Shown here piece after piece: positions 14,255-27,953 of a DNA stretch of 64,000 nt. The stretch lies in assembly GCA_964016885.1 (NCBI GenBank), contig OZ024740.1:195114001-195178000 (forward strand). Direction: 5' to 3'. This DNA comes from Eledone cirrhosa. Its lineage: Eukaryota. A program made the position numbers and the translations under genes. Within the stretch, counting starts at the first letter, position 1; each line of letters starts with the position of its first letter. The notes under the pieces were generated by a model, which saw only the letters and a list, made by a program, of their open reading frames with translations, was not told the origin of the DNA and did not search any database.

Positions 14255-14600
14255 AGAAAATTATCATTGGACAAAATGTTTTGCAGTATTTCTTTGGATT
14301 CTGAGTTCAAATCCTGCTAAAACCAATGTTTTTCCTTTTCTCATTCGTGGTTGATAAAATAAAGTATCAGTCCAGGATGGTGGAATGGCAGAATTATTCA
14401 AGCATTGGATTAGATACCTTACATTATTTCTTCCAACTCTTTACAATCTTAGTTCAGATCCTGCCATGGTCTACTTTCTTTGCCTTTCATGGTTGAGAAA
14501 ATAAAAGTACCACTCCAGGGCAGTGGATTGGCAGAATTGTTAGAACACTGGACAAAGTGCTTTGTGGTATTTGTTCCACATCTTTTTATATTTTGAGTGC
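14255..14600 (+). mobile_element. head-to-tail multimer of degenerate family M SINE units
   Basis: About 2.5 units of GGCAGAAT...GAGTTCAAATCC...GTTGATAAAATAAAGTA, joined at TCCAGG. Confidence 0.55.
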
Positions 14601-16179
14601 CCAAGTAAGTGTGGTAAACTTGTCTCTATCTAATCTACAAGATGGTGCTTTGCAAAAAGAAAATCTAAAAGAATGCAACAGGAAAGCACATTTGTAATCT
14701 CCATGAAAATTTAATGACAAGCATATAATACTTGTTAAAGGTTCTGATATGAACCACCTCTGGTTCTTTAAAACAAAACCTCACATTTTAAAAGAAGGTT
14801 CCTGTTTAAATTAAAATCTTCAAAACTAATGTGATATAAAACCATTTGTTAAGTTACAAAATATCTAATAATTTAAATAAATCCCTCCAAATTCTTAAAT
14901 TAATTCAAATACAGAGCATTTCATTATATATATGGTAAAAAAAAAGGTTTAAGAAATTCACTAGAGAATTGTTTGTTAACCTCATGACATGAAGAGAAGA
15001 GCAAAGTTTGTGTATTAGACATAACCAATAAAACCTACATCTTTCAAAAAGGATTTGTGCCATGTTACTTTCCTACAAAGTTTGACATTTTTGCAAGAAC
15101 AATATTTATTGACACAGTAAATGAGTCTATTTAACACACGACTGATTTAAAATTCCTCAAAAGCTTTCAAAACAAAGAACACTGGTAGAACTTGTAAATT
15201 AAAACTTTTATCAAATATAAACAGTACAATAGAACCTATGTATTTCTCAAGGATGGAAAACATAAAAACGTAGTTTCATTGAATTTGTTTAAGAAAACAT
15301 TTACAGAGAAAGACCACCAGCATTTATAGATAATTTCTGCAGAGCTTTCAGCTTTTATATTTTGAATATAGGTTGTTGTTCTTGTAATTTCACACTAGAT
15401 CATTTGTGATCAAGAAGACCTATCACCAGAGTATTTCACTGGCTTGGAGAGAATATGTTGTTCAGCTGATTCTTCTTTTTCTGTTCGCAGAGATATTGTA
15501 TATAAAGATATGATGCTTGAATCTGCCTATGCATACAATGTTGGTAAAACTTATAGATATATTCTGTAGCACAGTGGAGCAAAATACAGTTAACACTCCA
15601 GTAATTTATTCATTGAATTAGCTACCAAAAATGTGATATATATGCAAATGTGTCGATCCAATTTACCTAAGCCCTCTGAAGAACTTTGTGAGAACTGAAA
15701 GGTAAGTAACTTCATAAGGCTTCCATGCCACGAAGGATATATGGACATAAAAATGGTGCTGATATATATAGTGGCACTGATAGTGTCGCTGACTACTGTA
15801 ATGGCCATTCCACACCGAAAACAGTGGGCAAGTGTTTGACATGTTCTTGGGAGGCTAACTCCTTGTCGATGAAGTTAACTCTTAGCCGATTGACTAATGT
15901 TTAATAGTATTACCTAATTTCTGTGCACGCCAGTCCTACATGGACTGCGGCCAGCAGACAGGGTAACAGAAACAAGTGCCTAGTCTGAGGACAGAGTATT
16001 AAATTCTCTACCCACACAAATCGTTTCTCTCACTGTTAATATATAAGTGTGCACTCTGCTTTCCTTTTTGGTTGGTATACTAATGATGCTGGCTTAATTA
16101 AAGCATAGAGTGAGTGACAGAACAGTCGGAGATACACCAGTTCTTCCAATGACTTCATTTCAATATTATTATAATATAA

Positions 16180-16371
16180 GGGCGATGGATTGGCAGTATC
16201 AGTAGAGGGCCGGACACCATGCTTTGATGCATAGAGTTACGGCCCTTTCCATTCTGAGTTCAAATCCCGCTGAGGTTAACTTTGCCTTTTATCCTTACGG
16301 GGTCGATAAAATAAAGCACCAGTAATTCACTGGGATAATTGCTGGCCTTGCGCCAAAAGTAGAAACAATTA
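16180..16371 (+). mobile_element. SINE family M
   Basis: Full-length copy homologous to 886-1075. Confidence 0.8.
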
Positions 16372-17246
16372 TATATATATATATAAAGGATGGCTCAAAG
16401 AAACTGGACCCATTTTTATTTTTTGTCTGCATTATTCATTCTTTTTACAAAAACTGATGAAACTCCGAATATATTTAGTTCAAACCATTAAAAACTACAT
16501 ATCAAAAATTTACTATCATATAAATCACCAACACTAGGTAAATTGTCATCTCCCTGCCACAATTTAAGAGCCTTCCCAAACTTATGTAATAATAGTTTGA
16601 CTTATCCTTGCATTATCACTGGTTTCATAGACATAAACAAACATGTCTAAATTTACAAATATGGAAAGAGAATACACCTGTCCCCTCCACACACACATAC
16701 GGAATGGGTTTCTACTCAATTTCCAGCTACCAAAATTTATTTATAAGGCATTAGTCAGTTTAATCTTATGGTAGTAGTCACTGTCCTAAGTTTGTCCATG
16801 GTTCCAGAATAAACTTCTTAACCATACAGCCATATCTTTATTTCAACAAAGGAAGTTTCTTCCTTGTGGATGGTTATTTACAAGGTTATTGAATTCTTAA
16901 AAGTAGAGGAGGAGAAGAAAAAGGAAAAACAAAGAATCATAAAGAGACATAGATTCAATTTTTTTAAATCTCCAAAACTTTTGTCTAGTTTGTCTAGTAT
17001 TACAAGGAGCTTGTCACTCACTAACTGGCTTCATTGTATTCAAGAAAATAAGAAATTTTGCAAATAACCTGTGCAAATACACAAACACACAGACACTATA
17101 TATGTGTGTGCGTGTGTCAGCATGATAGTTTTATTAAATTAGTTTTTATTTTCTATTACATACAATATATATCTACAAACTTACATCTTTGTATGTGTAC
17201 ATATATACATGTGTGCGCATGCACACAAACATATATACACACACAC

Positions 17247-17390
<144 letters not shown>

Positions 17391-18629
17391 TTAATACAAA
17401 TGGAAAGGCAACATACATCATAGTCAATGAACAAATTTGTATTTCATTGAGGAATATCTGGGAGACAGCAAATTATTCTTGACTTTTTATTTTATATATT
17501 TTTATAGTTAGTTATAATATAGCGAAACAAACTTTTCAAAAGTAATAGGTCATTTTTCTATAGAATATAATTTGCCAAGTTGTATTCGACCTATAAAAGT
17601 TAAAGGTCAAATAATGGTTTAAAAGAATGCAGTGGACTTTGTAGAAGGATACAATTACTATCTCTTCATTTCTTTGTTTTTGTTGTCTACTTTTTTGTTT
17701 GTCTTTGTGTGGGGAGGTACTAAAATAAGACATATATTTTCTAAAATTGGAAATAATACAATAGATATCATAATTATTTATGAAGTTATAAAAAGAAGAC
17801 TTGAAGGAAGAAGCTAATTTAATTTATTTAAAGTAGGAAAGATACTTATTAGTTGCCATCAGTCATTAGTTACTATATCTAATCTTTTCTTGTTACATCA
17901 TAAGGGTACACATATTAGTTGGATATCTATCTCTAGTTTTATGTTCTATTACAGACAAGCAGACGTTGAGATATATAAATCTTTCTACTGGATACACAGC
18001 TTTTCCTGAGGGGCAGCATTATATTATTATTATTATTAATCAATTTCAATAGACTGCTCCTATGCCAGTTATTATGCCGAGAGAGCAAATCTTAACAAAT
18101 GACTAAGGGTGTCTCAGGTTGTCTTTCTTTGATTATGTTTTAACCATTTCAATACCAGTCAGCCCCAAACTACTTCTGGTTCAACGGAACAAAACCTCTA
18201 ATTTTAAAAAGTTCTTATTTAAATTAAAATCTTCTAACATAATTTTATATAAAAACCTTTTTTGTGGTGTTTTATATACCATATTAATAATCAAAATAAT
18301 TTTAGTAAGTCCTTCATTGAATTATTCTAATACAGAATATTTTATCAGAAATATGGTAATAAAAAGGTTTAGAACCTTCTTTATGATATGATCTGTTCCT
18401 AATATTGTTTATCTTTTGAAGAAGTTATGTATGAATCTCAATTCCAAATTTCATAATCCATGTTCTTATTTTAGCTGTTACCTTCCCCCAAACCACTTGC
18501 TACTACTGATAGGAACTTTTATATGCCCAAAATTTTGTAGATCTCTCTATTCAGGTTTTGGTACCACTCAAACTTTCTCTCTTTTCACAAACTCTGCAAC
18601 AACAATTATCCATCTCAATTTTTTCCATC

Positions 18630-18662
<33 letters not shown>

Positions 18663-19435
18663 CATCATCATCATTATTATTGTGGTTGCTGTTGCTATTG
18701 TTGTAGTTGTTGTTAGCATACATTGTTTAACAATTGCATCGCTGGATATATATGTTTAAATATGGCTCTAATGAAGCAACAATTCATTCATTTATTTGCT
18801 GCAACCAAAATAAGCATTATGAATAGGTTGCCGGTGTTGTTGTTAGTGTTACTGTTGACACTATTGTTAGTGTTACTGTTGACCTTGTTGTTAGTGTTAC
18901 TGTTGACCTTGTTGTTTCTCTTGGGGATGTAGGGGCATTAGTAGTAGAGGTGGAAAGACATGGTTATCTTTTCTTCCCCCATGGGGCAGAAGTCCTTACA
19001 ATGACTGGTTTGCCTCATATATAACACTACTACCATAACCTGCATTAGCATTTAATCCTCAAACTGGAAATGTTCCAGGATACTGGCTATATACTCTTGT
19101 GTAACCAGTGCTTGGAACTCAAGGGTCTTTCTGGTTTAGTTTGGATGAATAGTTGATTTTATTTCAAAAACTTCTCTACTCCTCTAATTTTGCCACCAAT
19201 TGGTTCTTCTGGAAAGGAATGTTACAAACTTTAGTTCTGGTTATGTGATATTCCAAGCACAGCAGGATCTCTAAATGTTGCATGTTTTTGTTACCTGGCT
19301 GCAAGCTCCCCTTTCATTTTCAAAGATGGATGTCACCATCCTATATTGCCTGTCTTTTTGAGTGTAGGCAACTTTTCCAGGCATTGTTGCATTTCACCCA
19401 GAGAAGAGTATTTTGATCTTTTTCACCTTTGTTTA

Positions 19436-19641
19436 ACTCTTTACTATTTAAACCGGCTGTATCTGCCCAGAATTCTCTCGCTTCTTTCTGTTCAAACTAG
19501 CTGTAACTGGCCACTCATACAGATGTTAAGGTATCGTTCTAAAAATAAATAATATCAAAATCTCATAGATTCCATATGTGAGATAAACCCTTTACCATGA
19601 AAATACTATAGTATATATAGAGTAATGTAAATGCTAAAGGA
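19436..19641. mobile_element. piggyBac-type MITE (family P1)
   Basis: Homologous to 8627-8831 and 22142-22343; TTAA on both sides. Confidence 0.65.
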
Positions 19642-20989
19642 TTAAACATTTATAGTGGATCATCCTCCTTTGTGTATTATTTCTTTGCTCTGTAGATAGT
19701 TTCATCAGATTGGGATGTGCGATGTTAGGATCATATTTTTGGACAAGAAGTGGTTTTTCATTTTAATCACTAATACAAAGAATATGTCCTTTAACTATTT
19801 TACATTAGCTACGTTGTCATTGCCATCCTCACTGTTGTTGTTGTTGCTGCAACTGCAAAGTGTTGTTGCTGCTACTGTAAATAGTGTTGTTGCTGCCATC
19901 ATTGTTACTGTTGTTAACAAATGTAGAATCTGTTGGTGACATATCTGAGCATGTCTGGATGTAACAAAGTGAATAATCCTCAAGATATTTGACATTTTCT
20001 AAGTTGGATGAAAATGGCTAAAATTTCTATTTTTTATCATAACAGATGAAGAATAACTCAGAGAAACAATTAATGCCACTTTTGAAGCAACCAAATGAAA
20101 AACTTGTGAAGAAATTTGACATTAAGCTGTATGGAATAAGGCAAAATGCCAAATTCATAAAAGGCATATTTAGTAGTAAAAATGGAGATTTTTACATTGA
20201 AAATCCTCAAAATTATCTATTTTTACAAATGTATGACCATGTTTTGATATAACAAACTGAATAATTCTGAAGATTTTTGACACATTTTAAATTGAGCAAA
20301 AATGTCCCAAATTTCACATTTTTGACCGGACATATAGCAAAAATTGTGAAATTTCAAACATTCCAAAATAGAATTATTTTTTTATATTAACAGGCGGGAA
20401 ATGACATAGAGAAACAAATAATGCCACTTTTGGAACAACAGAGTCAATAATTATGAAGAAATCTGCCATTAAGTTGCATGGAATGAGGCAACATTTTAAA
20501 TTTATTAGATGTTGCTGCTAATACAAATAGTGTTGTTCAATTTTTTCATCAAAATAACTTTAGAATTTGCTATATTTGGGGAGGGTCGTGTTGTCTTAAT
20601 ATTGCCAAAAATACAGTTTGGTTTAGTTTTGCTTTAGTTTCAGTATATTTTTAATATAAATATATTTTCTATAAATAAGTTAGCTAGCAATCAATGTTTA
20701 TCATTGATTGAGCAACAGTTAAAAATATAAATATAAATACAATTTCTCAAAGTTCCTTCATCACACATTTTCTTGTGACATCTTCAGTGATTATTGCTGT
20801 TTCTTCCCATTGTGTTTCTATAATGTTTTTAGAATATTTTACAGAAAATTAAATGCTGCTTTTGCAGCAGCCAAATCAATAACTCTGACAAAAATTAGAC
20901 ATTTAGTATGATAGAATGAGGAAACATTCCAAATTTTGAATACGTATGTATATTAGTAAAAATGTAGACTTATTGCTATTATTACTACA

Positions 20990-21150
20990 GGCCTTTTACA
21001 TTCTGAGTTCAAATATCACTGAGGTTACCTTTGCCTTTCATTCTTACAGGGTTGATAAAATAAAGTACCAGTAAGTACTGAGATTGATTTAACCGACTTT
21101 CCCCTCCTTTTCAAATTGCTGGCCTTGTGCCTGAAGTAGAAACAATTACT
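20990..21150 (+). mobile_element. SINE family M, 5'-truncated
   Basis: B-box, Meta-like domain and GTAGAAACAATTA tail. Confidence 0.7.
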
Positions 21151-21553
21151 ACTATTATTAAATCAGTAGTGTAGGAGAAATTTCAGAGAAAGAGAGAGAG
21201 AGAGAGCATAGAAAGAGACAGTCAGTGATTGAAAGGGAGGGGGATATTTGAAATTAGGTCTTCAAATGTTTAGCAAGTAATTTCCTCATTTCACCATCAG
21301 GTTTAATCAGTAACTTCATGAAGCTAGAGGTGTGTGCCAGAGGAAATTAATAAACAAACTGCACATACTACAAGGAAAAAGAAATGTGTGTGCATATTTG
21401 TGTGTGTGTGTGTAAAAACATTTATACCTGTGTGTGTGTGTGTGTATGCATGTGTGTGTGTGTACAAATACATGTGTTACAAATAGTATATGAGTATGTG
21501 TATACACACACATATGTATGAATGAATGCATATATATATATATATATAATGTT

Positions 21554-21595
<42 letters not shown>

Positions 21596-22141
21596 TGTAA
21601 GTGTGTGTGAGTGTGTGTGTAAGTGTGTGTGAGTGTGTGTGTGAGAGGGAGAGATAGACTTACTCTCTGCATTTCATTTGTAGTTAGTTGTAGAAGTCAA
21701 AAGTAGGAAAGGGATTGAAATTTTATAATTTCAAAAGGTAGAGAGATAGGCATCAAAAGGAAAGAAGGTGCAATATTGATGAAAGATCATTGATTCCAAT
21801 ACTTGATAAGTGATATTATATTGTGTAGTAGAGTGTGATAGGGGTGGTGTGGGATGAAAGGAGGGGTGGATTATTGGAGTTCAGTTTAAACAAAATAACA
21901 TATCCAGTTTTTAGGAATTAACTTATCCAGAGGTGTGTTTCATTTCCAGTGTACTAGCTCTACTCCTCCTTCTGCTCCTCTTACTACTATCACTACTGCT
22001 ACCACTACACTACACTTAGTCATGATAATTGTTTCTACTTTAGGCACAAGGCCAGCAATTACCCAGTGCATTACTGGTACTTTATTTAGTCATGATAATG
22101 AGATTTTATTGTAGGAGAGTAAAAGGTTGGGGAATGCTTAA

Positions 22142-22343
22142 CCCTTTAGCATTTACACTACTCTATATTTACTATTATATTTTCTTGGTAAAGGCTTTAC
22201 CTCACATAATATCGAATCTATGAGATTTTGATATTATTTATTTTGAGAACAATACTTTAACATCAGTAGGAGCAGCTGGCTACAACTAGTTTAAACAGAA
22301 AGGGGTGAGAGAACCAGATATGGCTGGTTTAAATGTTAAAGGG
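22142..22343. mobile_element. piggyBac-type MITE (family P1)
   Basis: TTAA|CCCTTTAGCATTTA ... TAAATGTTAAAGGG|TTAA. CCC termini with a TTAA target duplication are piggyBac hallmarks. Confidence 0.75.
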
Positions 22344-22435
22344 TTAAATACTTTAATAGTAATTAAATTTCATCCCACAAAAAAAAGTTATATATATATG
22401 AACTATATATATATTTAATATGTATATATATAGAT

Positions 22436-22773
22436 GGAGGCACATGGCTTAGTGGCTAGAGCATTGGCCTTGCAATCGAAAGGTTGTGAGTTCAATTCTC
22501 AGACCGGGTGATGTGTTGTTTCCTTGAGCAAGACACTTTATTTCACATTGCTCCAGTTTACTCAGCTGTAGAAACGAGAAGATAGGGACTGGGGTCTATA
22601 TCATTCCACTGCAAAGTGGTCGTGGAGGTGCCACGGCAAAAAAGCACCCAGCACTCACTGTAAATGAGGTTGGTGTTAGGAAGGGCATCCAGCTGTAGCA
22701 ATCAAGCAGAATCAGTTCCCGTCCAACCCTTGCAAGCAGGGAAAAGCGGACGTAAAATGATGATGATGATGAT
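22436..22773 (+). mobile_element. SINE family A
   Basis: Close copy with an (ATG)n tail. Confidence 0.85.
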
Positions 22774-22901
22774 ATATATATATAATCTCCAAAACTGAGT
22801 GTTTCCCCACCCTTTTTTTCTCTTTTCATTTTTTCCCGTTCCTACCTCTTCTCACCCTTTATCTATGTTACCTTCTATGTTACCTTCTATTTCTAATTCT
22901 A

Positions 22902-22937
22902 TCTTCTAATGAAGGACTATTGTCTGAAACTTTAAGA
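22902..22937 (+). ncRNA. degenerate minimal hammerhead ribozyme motif (family H2) in a ~230-bp dispersed repeat (22790-23020)
   Basis: TCTT-CTAATGA-A-GGAC-TATT-GTCT-GAAA-CT-TT-AAGA; core G5 is mutated. Homologous copies at 56772 and 60179. Confidence 0.5.
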
Positions 22938-23139
22938 CTCTTTTCCTGCTATTTCAAGTGTTAAACTAATATATTTCTTCAATGTAGTGTCATTTGTTTT
23001 GTTATTTCAGTTTACTATTTGTGCACACACACAGGTTCAATCTTTGTAGGAATTGTTGATTTTTATGTTTATTGTTGTTATTTCTTATTGGGAGAGGGGT
23101 AAAAGATTGGGTTGAGTTTTATTTTTTAAAGATTATTAA

Positions 23140-23371
23140 CCTTTTCCTTACCATATTTTCAAATAATTTTGAAAATAATGAAGTATTTTAAGGGATTTAG
23201 TAATATGCTTAACTTGCTCATTATTAGGCTGGTTTTTGGAAAATAACATCATAACAGTTCTTACATAAAATTATGATGGAAAATTTTTTAGATAAATATA
23301 AACATCTTACAACAAACAGCTTAGTATTGTAGGAGCATGGGTATTTTAAGGTGGTTTGGTATCAAAATGGG
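23140..23371. mobile_element. piggyBac-type MITE (family P2)
   Basis: TTAA-flanked; imperfect TIRs CCTTTTCCTTACC / GGTATCAAAATGGG. Confidence 0.6.
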
Positions 23372-24870
23372 TTAAATTGTATTTTTTATTGTCAGTATAT
23401 GAAACTCAAGGAAAGGCTAAAACAACTCTCCTACACCTTTACAGAACCTGATACCATTTGATATGATGCTCGACTATTCTATTAGGGTCAGTCTAGCTGA
23501 TAGACAATGTGTGTCTAATTACTGTTGGATAACCCAAATAAACCCTGTTTAAGCAGGCTTACAATCAAAGATATTTCAACTGTGACTATCCTGCCTTTTC
23601 TTTATGTATAGAGAGGAAACACAGGACTACATTATCCAACTTGTCTTTTTCTAAGAAGGTGGGATTTGACTGTTACTTCTAGCAGGACCAGCAAACATGT
23701 AAAGGCTCTCTTATCGGATCAGAGTGTAATTATTTTTGTAGGGATGTTTTGCACAATGAAAGAGATGTATGCCATGTCATGCATGTCAGCATTACAGATG
23801 TTGAAAGAAAAGTGGTGAATATGTGTTTATATGATGATGATGATGATGATTTATGTGGTGTAAGTATGGGTGGAGAAACAGTGAAAATTTGGTTCTCTAT
23901 TTGGTCAATGTGGTTAAAGTGTGCCACAATATTGACTGTATGTTTGTGCTAAGGCTACAATCTACAGTCCTTCATGATTATCATTGTTTTAACGTCCACT
24001 TTCCCTGCTAGTAAGGGTTGGTTAGGCCTACATAGACCAAGTCAGTACTTAAGCAGGGCTGTTGATCTCCTGGACAGACCAGAGACCTACAACTCATTTA
24101 TGTATGGCTTCACGTTCTACTGAGTGCACAGAAGAGAAATTCATTATATAAGAACTTAGAGATGAGAGATCTAAGCCCTTATATAATGAATTCTCATAAT
24201 AGGAATGAGGTAGCAGATTTTGAAAAGATATATCTGGGGATATATCTGATTATACTGGTCCACAGTAATTCCTTAGTAATTATTATATTGAATTCTTGGT
24301 GGGATTACAACTCAAAACATAAACAGACATAACTATATACTGCAAGATATTTTAACTGTTCCTCTACTATGTGGCCCACTGGTAAGGATATTGGACTTAT
24401 GATCATAATGTTGTGAGTTGAATTTTTTGACTGGGTTGTGTGTTATGTTCTTGAACAAAACACTTCATTTCACATTGCTCCAGCAATAGTTGTGGGTTCA
24501 ACCCTGCAATGAACAGGTGTCAGGTTCAGGGGGTAGTCTTGTACTTTCAGTCAGTTAACGCCACAGAAACCGGGATAAGCACCAACCTGATGAGCCTCCG
24601 GGGTCAATCAGATTTAGACATTAGACTACCAATTCCACAAATTTCTAACGTTGGCACGAGGTTAAAAGTTTGGAGAATGGGTTAAGCGTTTAAATTGGCT
24701 CCAATACTTAATTGATAATTTATTTCATCAACCTCTGAGGGATAAAGTACAATGTTGACATCAGCAAGATTTTAACTCAGAATATAAAGGGCCGTAACTA
24801 AATACTGCCAGGCATTTTGTCCATCACTTTTACAATTTTGCCAAACCACCAGCCAACTGCTGCTGCTGAA

Positions 24871-24901
<31 letters not shown>

Positions 24902-25620
24902 GTGATAGACAAAGGGCCACACATTTTGGGAAACAGGTATACCCAGTTATACCAACCCAACATTTGACTGGTACTTAGTTTATGAACCACACCAAGATGC
25001 AAGGCAAATTCAACTTTTGGGAGATTTTAACTCAGAATGTAAAAGGCATATCTAAGAACCACCTAGCAGTTTGTGCTTTATTCTGGGGATGTCACTTAAT
25101 CATCATTATCAACACCACAAGTTAATGCCTATTTTCCATGATTGCATGGATAAGACAGGCTGTCACATTATGAGTTTAGACAACTCAAGTAATCATGTCT
25201 TGCTCCTATGATTCATTTTTGGCTTGGCTTTCAATGGTTGGATGCCCTTCCTAATGCAAACTACCTGACAGCATATACTTGGAGCTTTTATTCATAAAAA
25301 CAATATGATCACCTTACAGGGTGGACTAGGTGTATTTTGTTGTGGCTCCAGAATTTATTAAAAATTATTGAAGATTCTAAAAAAGAAAACAAACGTTAAA
25401 CATAACAGCAATAATAAAAAAAAGGGTCCAGAAATATTGTTGTTGTTTGTTGTCATTTACTATTTCAAGCTCCACTTGGAGAAGAAGGAGTGAGAGAGGT
25501 GATGCTCTCCAGTAAATTTATCAAGAAATGGTCACATGGACAAAATCTCAGCACATGAATGTAGTTGAAGGAATGACAGCTGGAAGGCAGCACTTGCCAT
25601 TGCGGGTCAGGGTAATTTAA

Positions 25621-25830
25621 CCCTTTAGTATTTGCATTACTTTATATATACTATTATATTCTTATGGTAAACACTTTACCTCACATAATTATCGCATATA
25701 ATATCGAATCTACAAGATTTTGATATTATTTATTTTGAGAACAATACCTTAACATAATTAGGAGCAGCCGGCTATGGCCGGTTTGAACAGAAGATGGTGA
25801 GAGAATTCTGGCCAGATATGGCTGGTTTAA
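25621..25830. mobile_element. piggyBac-type MITE (family P1), right end truncated
   Basis: Starts TTAA|CCCTTTAGTATTTG; body homologous to 22142-22343. Confidence 0.65.
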
Positions 25831-26167
25831 AGGATGAAGATCTGTAGGATCCCTCGATTGTTCTTAGGTGACAGTCCTACTCTAGGGATAATCCTGTCTT
25901 CGGTATATACCTTCACATTTATTTCCCTATCCTTGCTCATTCAATTTCAATATAATCCTCCACACTTATTGTAGTATGCACCTGAAATATCCTTTCATTC
26001 ATTGTCCTTGTGGCAAATATTGTAAACATTATGATCATCATTATTATTGTATCTATTGTTGTTACTGTTATTACTATTTCTCAGAAATTTAAATCTCAAA
26101 TATTGAAAATAACAGTCTTTATGTTGCCTATGTAAATGTGAAAGTGTGTGTAAGTAAGCATGCATGG

Positions 26168-26205
<38 letters not shown>

Positions 26206-26640
26206 TGAGAGAGAGAGTGAGAGAAAGTATCTGTATTGTATGTATAGATAAATATCATATCTGTATACACATGTGAACACACACATGGATAGATGTACAT
26301 GCATGCACGCACAGTTTGTTACAACAAATATATTCAGGTAAGTATTTGCATTCCTAAAGATGAATAAATGTAGAAAAACCTGTCATTTCTGTGTTCCTGT
26401 TATATTAATCTTACTGCTCCGTTTCATGATTTTGTTAACTCTTTCCCCCTCTCATTTCTTTCTTCCTTTCTATTTTTTTGTTTGATGATTTTATTAAAAG
26501 AATTCTACTTTCATTGAATAAGTGATTTAAAACCTTTATCTTTGACAATGTGTGTGTGGGTATGCATTTATGATAGATAGAAAGAGAGAGAGAGAGAGAA
26601 AGTGAGAGAGAGAGAGAGAAAGTGAGAGATGGAGAGAGAA

Positions 26641-26722
<82 letters not shown>

Positions 26723-26835
26723 AAGTAGAAACATCCACAAATATATATATATCATCATCATCATCATTTAACGTCCATCTTCCACGCTTGCATGGGTTTG
26801 GACGGATATATATATATATCATCATCATCATCATC

Positions 26836-27111
26836 ATTTCATTTTATGTCCGCTTTTTCCCTGCTTGCAAGGGTGGGACGGGAACTGATTATGGCTTGAT
26901 TTCTACAGCTGGATGCCCTTCCTAACACCAACCTCATTTTACAGTGAGTGCTTTGCAGTGGAATGATAGGAACTCCAGTCCCTATCATCTCATTTCTACA
27001 GCTGAGTAAACTGGAGCAATGTGAAATAAAGTGTCTTGCTCAAGGAAACAACACATCACCCGGTCTGAGAATTGAACTCACAATGCTCTAACCGCTAAGC
27101 CATGTGCCTCC
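26836..27111 (-). mobile_element. SINE family A with internal deletions
   Basis: Reverse-complement match to 1464-1797. Confidence 0.8.
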
Positions 27112-27143
<32 letters not shown>

Positions 27144-27329
27144 GTACATAAATACAGAAACATCCTTTTGACCCTGCTCCTTGATCCAACAGAACATCCA
27201 GGATATGACAGCTGTTAGGATGAAAGTCAAATTGGACATCAGTGGAATTTGAACTCAGAACAGAGATCCTGAACAAATATTCAATGATCTAACAACTCTG
27301 CCAAAAAAACAGCCTTAATGAACTCAATA

Positions 27330-27495
27330 ATTATTTCTACTATTGGCACAGTGTATTACTGGTACTTTATTTTATCGACCCCGTAAGAATGAAAGGCAAA
27401 GTTAACCTCGGCGGGATTTGAACTCAGACGATAAAGGGCCGTAACTCTGCAAAGAATGGCGTCCGACCCTCTACCGATACTGCCAATCCACACCG
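27330..27495 (-). mobile_element. SINE family M
   Basis: Homologous to 886-1075. Confidence 0.75.
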
Positions 27496-27565
27496 TCCTT
27501 TGAACTCAATAATGACTTGCATAATTGCTACAAAATGATAAAAAAGACCCCTCTGTTGGATATAT

Positions 27566-27710
27566 CAGGGCTTCCCAAACTTGTTCAAAGGCGGAACACT
27601 TTTTGGTTCAGAAACCTTTCGGGGTAATCCCAAAGTCTAATACTGTTATATGGTCATAATATAAATATACTCCTCTACTTTTTTCACGGAACCTACTTTG
27701 GGGACCACTG
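27566..27710. mobile_element. hAT (Charlie/MER5-like) MITE
   Basis: Imperfect TIRs CAGGGCTTCCCAAACT / ACTTTGGGGACCACTG and an 8-bp target duplication GGATATAT / GGCTATAT (7 of 8 match). Confidence 0.65.
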
Positions 27711-27881
27711 GGCTATATAAATAGAATAGAAATATATTAAGATGAACTTTGCACAAAACTAAATAATTTCAAAACAAAACAATTACACTAACAATATGCC
27801 ATTCTTTTAAGGTAAGAGGAAGGTTAATAATTCTAATCTTCTTAACAAAAGTGAAAACTGAATAAATAACTATTGTGTTAC

Positions 27882-27953
27882 CTTTCAGAAAGTTACACTG
27901 TCTCCATCTAGCTGCCACCATTATAGCAGCCATAATAATAAATGTATTATGAA
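27882..27953 (-). CDS. candidate isolated exon, product unknown
   Basis: Minus-strand acceptor ttttatggtctctctcag, donor AAG|gtaaca, 72 nt, phase 1-1. Open frame reads HNTFIIMAAIMVAARWRQCNFLK. Confidence 0.25.

Noticed and set aside
15491-15700. Coding exon ending at the strong donor AAG|GTAAGT
   Set aside because: All three frames upstream of the donor contain stops; a non-coding exon is not excluded.
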